DNA of 64,000 nt, taken from Schmidtea polychroa (lineage: Eukaryota). The notes below the pieces were generated by a model. The model saw only the letters and a list, made by a program, of their open reading frames with translations. It did no database searches and was not told the DNA's origin. The number at the start of each line of letters is the position of its first letter. Positions within the stretch are counted from its first letter, which is position 1. A program made the translations under genes and the position numbers. Shown here in pieces: positions 56,601 through 64,000 of this stretch. The DNA lies in NCBI GenBank assembly GCA_044892525.1, contig CM097885.1, positions 7,008,001-7,072,000 on the forward strand, read 5' to 3'.

Positions 56601-59600
56601 GGACATTCTATTTTCGTGTGGCCTATTTTGTGGCATAGCCAGCACTCTGATTCTTCTCGTCGCCTGACTTCTTCTCTTTCATCTCTCTGCTTGTACTGTC
56701 CTCTCCTCTGTGGATCCTGATAGACCACTCTTGCATAATTTTTCATAGCGTTGATCTGATCTCACTGCCTGTCAATTAATGTTTCCTTTATCTCATCTGT
56801 GCTTTTTATCTTCTGCAATATTACTTCTTTCTCAACTTCTTTATTCTTAGCACATACTATCAACATCTTTACTGTTATTTTCTCTTTGGTGAATTCTTTA
56901 TTCTCAAACAACCTGTCAACAAGGTCCTCCACTTTTTTAAAATATGTTTTAATCTCTTCGCCTCTTCTTTTATAATTCAATAAACTTTCCATATCCTTTA
57001 TTACGTCTCTTTCGTAATCAAATACCATTCGTAACCTGGCTTGAAATCCTTCTGCTTTTCTAACTGTCTTCGCATATTTCTCCAATAGATCCTTGTCGAT
57101 CATGCACGCAGTCGTTCTTTCCTGTTCTTTTTTATTGATGCCTTTAGCATCGAAATAAATCTCGGATCTTCTGATGAATTTTTCCAAGTCATCACCTTGA
57201 CAGAACACCTTTGGTAATAATCTTTCGGTAATCGCGTCGGTGTTTACCGCTGCAACCATATTAGGATTCTCATCCGTGAGAACATCCGTTTTCAAATCAC
57301 TAAATAATTCCATAAATTTATTAAAAAAAATTTATGAATACATATGAAAACATATGAATACATATGTCCAGCCTGTTGAAGTAAAAAGATGAAATTTATC
57401 CATATTCGAGTGGAAAGATTACTAAAATTTCGATAAAATAATTTGGTTATTTATTTAATGAAAATCATTTCGTGAGATATTGAGGACGCGCGATTAGAGG
57501 GGTCATTTATAATAACTATATAATATTTCTCTAAATTTGAGTTATTCTGACAGAAAACTATTTTGAAATGCATATTTTGTGTGATATTGTATCAAATATT
57601 ATATCAAAACAAAATATGTGATGACTTGATTCTTTATTGATAAACAATGTTTGTAAGGAGTTCTTACTAAGGACATGTGAATATGCATTTCATAAAAATG
57701 GGCATTACAATGCTGATTTTAGTTGTTATTATTATTACTAAGATCGTTTAAGAACATTTCAAATGAACAATTAACGTATTTGATAGAATAAAAGAAGCGG
57801 GGTTAAAATTAAGTAAAGATAAATGTCATTTTTTGAGACCAAAAACAAAATTCCTTGAATTGTAATAAATAACGATGATATTCCAATGAAAGATAATAAA
57901 ATAGAGGCAATAAAGGAATATGGAAATCTGAAACGTATAAAAAAGCTACTAAGTTTCTAGGTTTGGCAAACTACTGATGTTTCATTAAAAGTTATACTGA
58001 ACACAAAATAGTTTGAAATAGCTTGTAGAATTAACAGTAACAAATTGATACGGACTGAGTCTGCTTTTCAGAGTTTCAAATAAAAATTAATGAAGTCACG
58101 AATTTTAGCGTACTATGATTTCTCCAAAGAATTGTTATTTGATATGAACACCAGTATTATGCAAAATAGATAGAAAGGAAAATGAAAGAGTAATAGCATA
58201 TGGCTTGCACTCAATGAATTTACATGAATTGGGATACTGTATTACTAGGAAGGAGTTGCTTTTTTACATTGCATTTTAAATACTACGTATATTTGAAAAA
58301 ATCTCGTCTTCGAACAGAATTATAATGATGCTATAAACTAAGAACACCACAATTTCATACATGAATTAATCAATTAAGCAGTTTGGATATGGAACTGGAA
58401 TACAGAATACAGAAAGGTAATCTACATTCAAGCGCCGATCTAAAGTCTCGAAAAGATTGTGACAGATGTTTTTAATGTCAGACAATACAAGAAGATTTAA
58501 TGAAAGGCAGACGGAAACCACGAATACTGGTACAGATGAAAAGAAATAATGGTTCAGCAGAAATTGATGAAATAGACATCCTAATTGGAAATAAACAAGA
58601 TACGGAGTTCGAAATAGTGGATGAAGTAGTAGACAAATTCTAAGGATGACGATAGATATGGCAGGCCATGGATAGTCATTAATAAGAGACACAATTGAAG
58701 CTACATCATCAAAATGAATAATGGAAGGAATATTACAAGAAATATTGATGGATATGGGAATTTAAAACTACGGATAAAATGTTTTCAATGAGAGGGTGAG
58801 ATAAATCTAATAAATTTATCTTTAATACAAATATATACTAAACTTATAATATTATATATTAAATAGTATTTGTATGATTGAAGTATGTTGACATCATGCA
58901 GAATATGAAAATGTATTGAATTCTCAAATCGTGATTCTAAAAATCGTGATTATTTTGAAAATGAATAAAAATAAGAATTAGAACAATCTTAATATTAATA
59001 AAAATCAATCATTTTACCGATTTAACACAAATTTTCGGCACTACCTATTTCAATTTATAAACAGGAAAAATATTTTGATTAAACCTTTAAATGTTGTATT
59101 GCATCTTAGGATTGTAGGATTTAATTCTTTCTTATGATTTAACCTTTATCGACATTACAATTTGCAGATCAGTGGCATAAGTCCTCATTTATAATGCCAG
59201 CACTTTCTCTTAATTAGTAGGCTATTGGTTTTGGATAGTTAAATATTTAATGCGTAATACATTTGCATTTCATTAGATTTTAAACCGTATTATTCCTGCA
59301 CATGCCACTGCTTTGCCCAACTTTTGCATTTAAGAAAATGTTAATTGTTTGCACGTACAAACAAAATTTAACCTCTTTATTTAGATATTGAGAGAATAAT
59401 ATTCGATTGCAGATTCATTGTTTTTCCAGTTTTAACAGTTACCAATGTTCTCATATTTTCCTTAATAATAATTTGTTTTTTGGCTTTTGTAAATTATAAG
59501 TTGTTACTTTTGTAATCATGAAAAAGCGTGACAAATGTAATGAATATGTTGAATGTGATATTGGATTATGTGTAATTGACTAGTTTTTTGGGACTTTAGA

Positions 59601-62600
59601 TGGAGTTTTATGCTTCCATTAGTTTATTTAAACTGCTGAAAATTTTTTTGCGAAATCAAAAAGATTAATTTTAAGTCATGTGAAAAAAATAGTGGAAGTT
59701 GGTGTTATTTATTTTTCGTAATTTTCAAAAAATTAGTTTTTCTAGAACTGCCTGACTTAATTTGAATTTATGTATCTGGAAACTGAAATGTAATAAACGC
59801 AATTTTAATTTTATCAATGCAAAAGGCCGTTGAAAAATGAAAATTTTAGATAATATGATTAGGATATTATTTATTGCGTATAAATATTTCCCTAATTTTC
59901 TCTACTATGCAACAGCGATTATGAATTACAACTTGTTATAGAGTGTATCTTTCCTGGTGCTAAAGTCAATGTTGATGCCCATTACACGCATTCATCAGGC
60001 AGTCACATTTATAGAATTCCTTTTCTACTGACTTAATCTTTTATCTGACGTTCACTTTTCTTCCACATTGGAACTTATCGGCTAATAAATACATTTTACA
60101 ATTTGAATATATTTTTTTAGATAAATTTATAATTAAGCACTATTTGTATCAAATATCTGTGCTAAATGACACTTGCAGAAATCTATATTAAAATAAATTC
60201 TGAATAATATATTATTTACTTCTATATCTTTTATCCGAATGAATATATAATCCGACAGTTAATGTCTGCATGGCGTATAAATTCTACGGTATTCCTAATA
60301 TATATCATGTATGATATTTCTTTTGCTTTGGATTCTTTTGTAATTGATAGTATTGTGCAGGCATATAGATAACAATAATTATATGATTAAATAATATATA
60401 ATTTCAATTTTGTTTTGAAATAAAAGTAATAGGTTATTAGGAAAAATGTACTGTAAAGAATAAAAGATTACTTGTCTGTAAATAGAAAAGTTATTTCCTA
60501 ACCTGAAAAGTTAATACTGTATTTCCCTGAAAATAAGGCCCGTTCCTATAGTAATTTTGCTTGCAAAGATGCATTAAGACTTATTTTTAGGGATGTCTTA
60601 TTTTCATGGAAATACGGTATTAATCATGATTTATAACAATGGTGCACAAGATCTATTTATACTTGAAACTCATTGAATTTAGAAACTATATTTAGGCTGA
60701 TAATTTGGCAGAAAGCCCTGAGCTACAGAAAACATTTCTATATGTAAAAAGAATAATAAAATAATCTTAATGTTTTAAATTTAAATATATACCAAACAGC
60801 AATGATTCACACATTTACTATAATATGTAAGAGATAAGACTACCGCAAAATGACTTATTTATTGTCGAAGTCATCCAATCTCGTGGTCACCTTGTATTAC
60901 CTGCGAGTGCCAGCCTGGACCCAGGTGACAAGATATATAGAATTATATATCAATATATAAAACGGTCTTATTAAAAATTGTGTATATTTAGCCAAATTTC
61001 GTTCAAGTTTAAAGTTGGGCAATAAGAATAATAAATATAAGGATAAATTAAATAATACAGACATTTTTCGAAAGACCGGATGTTTCAGTGTTTTGGACAA
61101 TGGACCAAAATAAATTTCGAAAATGGATTATTTAACCATCCAATTATGAACCAAAAATAATAGAATGCAATTATTGTAGATTTTTCATCATCATTTTAAC
61201 GTAAATAAACAAATATAAAAACTATAAACAACTATCCTTGGAATGTTTGATGAAAAGTGTATCGTGAATGATTTCAAAACTGGGCCGAAACATGTTTAAA
61301 TTACTGTTCTGTATTCTTGGAAGGAATTATTAATAACGGGCTACTTAAACCTGGCAAACCGGTTGTTATCGAGCGTTCCTATAGCAGTTTGTTTGCCTAA
61401 AGATTGGGAATGTGACATGATGATAAATTTTCCCTGGAAATGATTCAAGCGGAAATAACATTGAGTTGTCCGGTTTTGTAACAACGACAATGTTCCTCAC
61501 ATATTTAATTTGATATTGCAATTTTTCTGAATTAAACAGTGCCCCCAGAAGCTCCTTTTCGCATTTTATTGGTGATATTTATTTCAAATAAAGGATTTCC
61601 ATAAACTACCAGGCATTTTTAATTAGATAATAGATTTTCAAAAGACTGAAGTTCCAAAGCGAAAATATGATAATTCCAAACCGAAATTTCGATAAAAGCC
61701 AATTCAATTCAATTTCGAAACAAAGCTTGAAAACACTTGACATTTCCAATGTGAAAATCTATCACCAAAAACCAAAATATATACAATATAAAAGTACAAA
61801 AAGTGCAAAAGAACATGCGTGCACATATATAAGAACAATTATACACCAGAAACCGCTGAGAAATCTTTAATCTTATAATATACAAACATACAAACTCACT
61901 TTGATTTCACGCTGATGTTCTCATTGATAGTGCAACGAGTTAGGCTTTACACTATAGAAATCGAAAAAAAGTGGTAGAAAAATTAAATTCTGCACACAAA
62001 TACAACACATACTCAAAAATACATGCAAACTTTCGATATATAGAAATGCTCTGCTGAGATACATTTCTATAATAACGTTTTTATAATAACAATTTTGGGA
62101 GAAAAATATCGTTGAAAATCTTATGAAATTTATTTTTGAAGAATTTATTTTAAGGTGTCATGAAAATAACAAAATATCACCATAGAATTTATTTTTATTA
62201 TAATTCAAAATTTATCTAACTTACTGTGAGGTGTTTTCAGCTGAGAATTAAATGTTTCAATTATTTATTAAGATCATTTTTAGTGTTAAATAATGAACTA
62301 TTAACACATTACAGTCTGCGGACAAATAATAGGTGATCGCGAAACATGTACAGAAATATTGCATATATGAAGTAGTAACAACTAACAAGTATATACATAA
62401 TATATATTATTTCTAAAGCACAAATTGAATTTTTTAAATTGAAATTTTTAAATTGAAAAATTAAATAAGTTTTTGAAAAGAAGTTTTATTAGTAAATAAT
62501 TTTTAAATAAATATAAATTTGGAGAAAATCGCTCTAGACCCATAGTTTACAATAACTATTTATATGCGCAATTTAAATATTTTAAAAAATGTTTCTATTT

Positions 62601-63982
62601 TGATTTTTAAATCCGAATGATCTTCTAAAATTATATTTTATCTATTTTTCTATATTATTTTTCTATATTATTTTTAATTTTTAATTTAATTTTTTATAAA
62701 AGCTATTCTCAAGATCAAAAACAACAAATCAGATTGATGATTTCATTGATCTGTTCCTTAGTATCGATTGTTGGCCATCTGTTTATGATGAGAATTGCCT
62801 CCTTAAATATGACATTTTTCTTTCCATCCTTGGTTGACATTGCAGAAAATGTCTGTATACCGAGGATTTCCCATCAGGATCTAGATGTTCATTAAGTCTT
62901 TGGTGCAAGTTCCTGAACGTACTTTCAATTTATATATCTTTCCATATATTGCACGTGATGCAGTCAATAACGTTTTTTTAGAAGCATATTTTCTTCGGTT
63001 TATGGTAGCCTTTCCACTGTGAAAATATTTTATTTTTTTGTGTTGTTTGCCAGAACTTCTCTCGATGTCCAAGACTTATGTACTATATGAATTGGAAGGC
63101 CAGCGCGTTTAAGTTCTTTCAGGATCTTGAAGTTGAGTATGTCGCTGATGAATGGAATATTCAGATAAAAAATATTTCTTTTTCTGAGTTCTAGCATCTC
63201 AGAATTGTTAGGAATCATCTTTATTGATAACCTCGAACGGCAAACACTGAAGATCATACAATCCATCGATTTCTACAATAGATATGTAGACGATATCTTT
63301 ATCACGACCAAGAGCAGAAAAAAAGTGGAAGACATTTTTATACGGGAGCCATTTCAAGAAAACCATAGGTTTTCCAATAAATATTATAAATCTACTAAAT
63401 ATCTATAATTCTATAGGAAGAATGTGGCTTTGCTATTGATTTTTTGCTATATATTGAATTATTAATTGAATTATAAATTGAATTTATTAAAAAGAAAGCT
63501 TGAAGACTCTAAATGTAAAAATTCACTTGAAAAAGGCAGTACCAAAAATTCGTGAGTATCAACAAACATCGATATATTACTGATAAACAGTCTTCAAGCT
63601 CTCTTTTTAATAAATTCAATGGTAAAAATAATCAGTGGAGAAATTGGAAAAAGTAAGTTCTTATAATATATAAATTTTAACACGCTAGCTCCCATGAGAC
63701 ATACATGTCGTGCGTTTGAGCCGCTTGGACCGCCATACTTGTAATAATACAGGAAATATTAGCCGAACAACCGACTTGGCCCAGGAGGACAATTTTTTCT
63801 TAACATATTGGCAGCTAACGTGCTAAATTCGACTTATTTGAAATGAGATATTATTGTAAATAATTCTATTTGATAGTCAATTATAAATTTTATCACTCTT
63901 TTGACTTGGTTTATTACATATTTATTTCAGTGTCAAATTTACACGATTCACTCAATGGAAGAATTTGGAATTGAATATCAAC
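44803..63982 (+). CDS. GRK2: G protein-coupled receptor kinase, GRK2/3 (beta-ARK) type, 5' part; exons 44803-44915, 44964-45040, 45083-45156, 45203-45304, 54308-54394, 54445-54506, 63931-63982; continues beyond the window
   Basis: [33 protein letters not shown]-terminus; RH-domain exons up to [19 protein letters not shown] junctions in phase. Confidence 0.95.
45374..46654. repeat. Tandem duplication of a ~620-660-bp extremely AT-rich unit in GRK intron 4
   Basis: Anchors ttattgttagcgta...cgacgtaaatcaat and gtgacgttc...gtttaaaacct each occur twice. Confidence 0.88.
46819..47423 (+). repeat. Probable solo LTR
   Basis: TGTTGAG...CCCAACA; family 3' motif. Confidence 0.6.
49683..49808 (+). repeat. 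Interstitial (TTAGGG)n tract
   Basis: Telomere-type hexamers with recurring gggtaatatagg interruptions. Confidence 0.95.
50497..50585. repeat. (TA)n microsatellite
   Basis: Direct reading. Confidence 0.95.
51650..52817. mobile_element. Rearranged hAT element
   Basis: TAGGGTTT...AAACCCTA ends and CGAGTACTCG subterminal repeats; + strand [19 protein letters not shown]...RSRL (52400-52540); - strand [14 protein letters not shown] (52130-52170); no TSD. Confidence 0.8.
53726..53890 (+). mobile_element. Short gypsy PBS/gag-start remnant
   Basis: tgggaaccacgcc (PBS-like) followed by [30 protein letters not shown]. Confidence 0.45.
55550..56545 (+). pseudogene. Decayed Tc1-like transposase
   Basis: HTH-like start (KGFSQKRIG), [14 protein letters not shown], and (Q)DNVRLH remnants in order. 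Confidence 0.65.
56590..57313 (-). pseudogene. Gypsy gag remnant with an in-frame stop and a CCHC knuckle
   Basis: 183-aa ORF ([21 protein letters not shown]) continues after TGA at 56762 towards [15 protein letters not shown] (~56600-56647). Confidence 0.8.
57640..58500 (+). pseudogene. Decayed gypsy RT/RNase H fragment
   Basis: [40 protein letters not shown] remnants. Confidence 0.8.
60517..60617. mobile_element. Tc1/pogo-type MITE (101 bp)
   Basis: TIRs CTGTATTTCCCTGAAAATAAG / CTTATTTTCATGGAAATACGG flanked by TA. Confidence 0.8.
62735..63345. mobile_element. Penelope-like fragment of the same family as 9450-13240, with an internal inversion
   Basis: 62735-63200 (-) matches 9455-9890 ([19 protein letters not shown]); 63205-63345 (+) encodes [11 protein letters not shown]...[11 protein letters not shown]. 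Confidence 0.85.
63477..63655 (+). repeat. Penelope terminal repeat with hammerhead-like motif (63522-63556) inside a ~32-bp inverted repeat
   Basis: ttcacTTGAAAAaggcagtaccAAAAattcgtgag (G12 position mutated); arms 63477-63508 and 63589-63620; similar to 28345-28440 and 30382-30470. Confidence 0.7.
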
Positions 63983-64000
63983 GTAAATTTTTATTATTTT

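Noticed and set aside
59280..59700. Possible piggyBac transposase remnants
   Set aside because: Motif similarity too weak to support by eye.
61240..62350. CGAAACATGT motifs (61285, 62340) resembling hammerhead 3' halves
   Set aside because: No properly spaced CUGANGA-type core or stems found upstream.

Overview
Very AT-rich eukaryotic (metazoan) genomic DNA with short (~40-50 bp) GT-AG introns, long (AAT)n/(TA)n tracts and TTAGGG repeats; the overall style suggests a planarian-like flatworm (inference only). Host genes: a 4-exon TRAF gene (-), a 7-exon gene with two cyclic-nucleotide-binding domains (-), the first 7 exons of a GRK2/3-like kinase (+, runs off the window), and an actin pseudogene. 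The rest is densely nested mobile DNA. (1) A young 4,572-bp Ty3/Gypsy element with identical 118-bp AGT...ACT LTRs, gag starting inside the LTR, a -1 frameshift signal, and a TSD that is an apparent splice donor (GTAAG). (2) A 6.9-kb Polinton/Maverick derivative with a perfect 6-bp TSD. (3) Several Penelope-like (RT + GIY-YIG) elements sharing a terminal repeat with a variant minimal hammerhead-ribozyme motif; one copy appears linked to an antisense, intron-containing coiled-coil module. (4) hAT, piggyBac, Merlin and Tc1/pogo elements, solo LTRs and decayed gypsy remnants. All calls come from manual reading; no searches were run.
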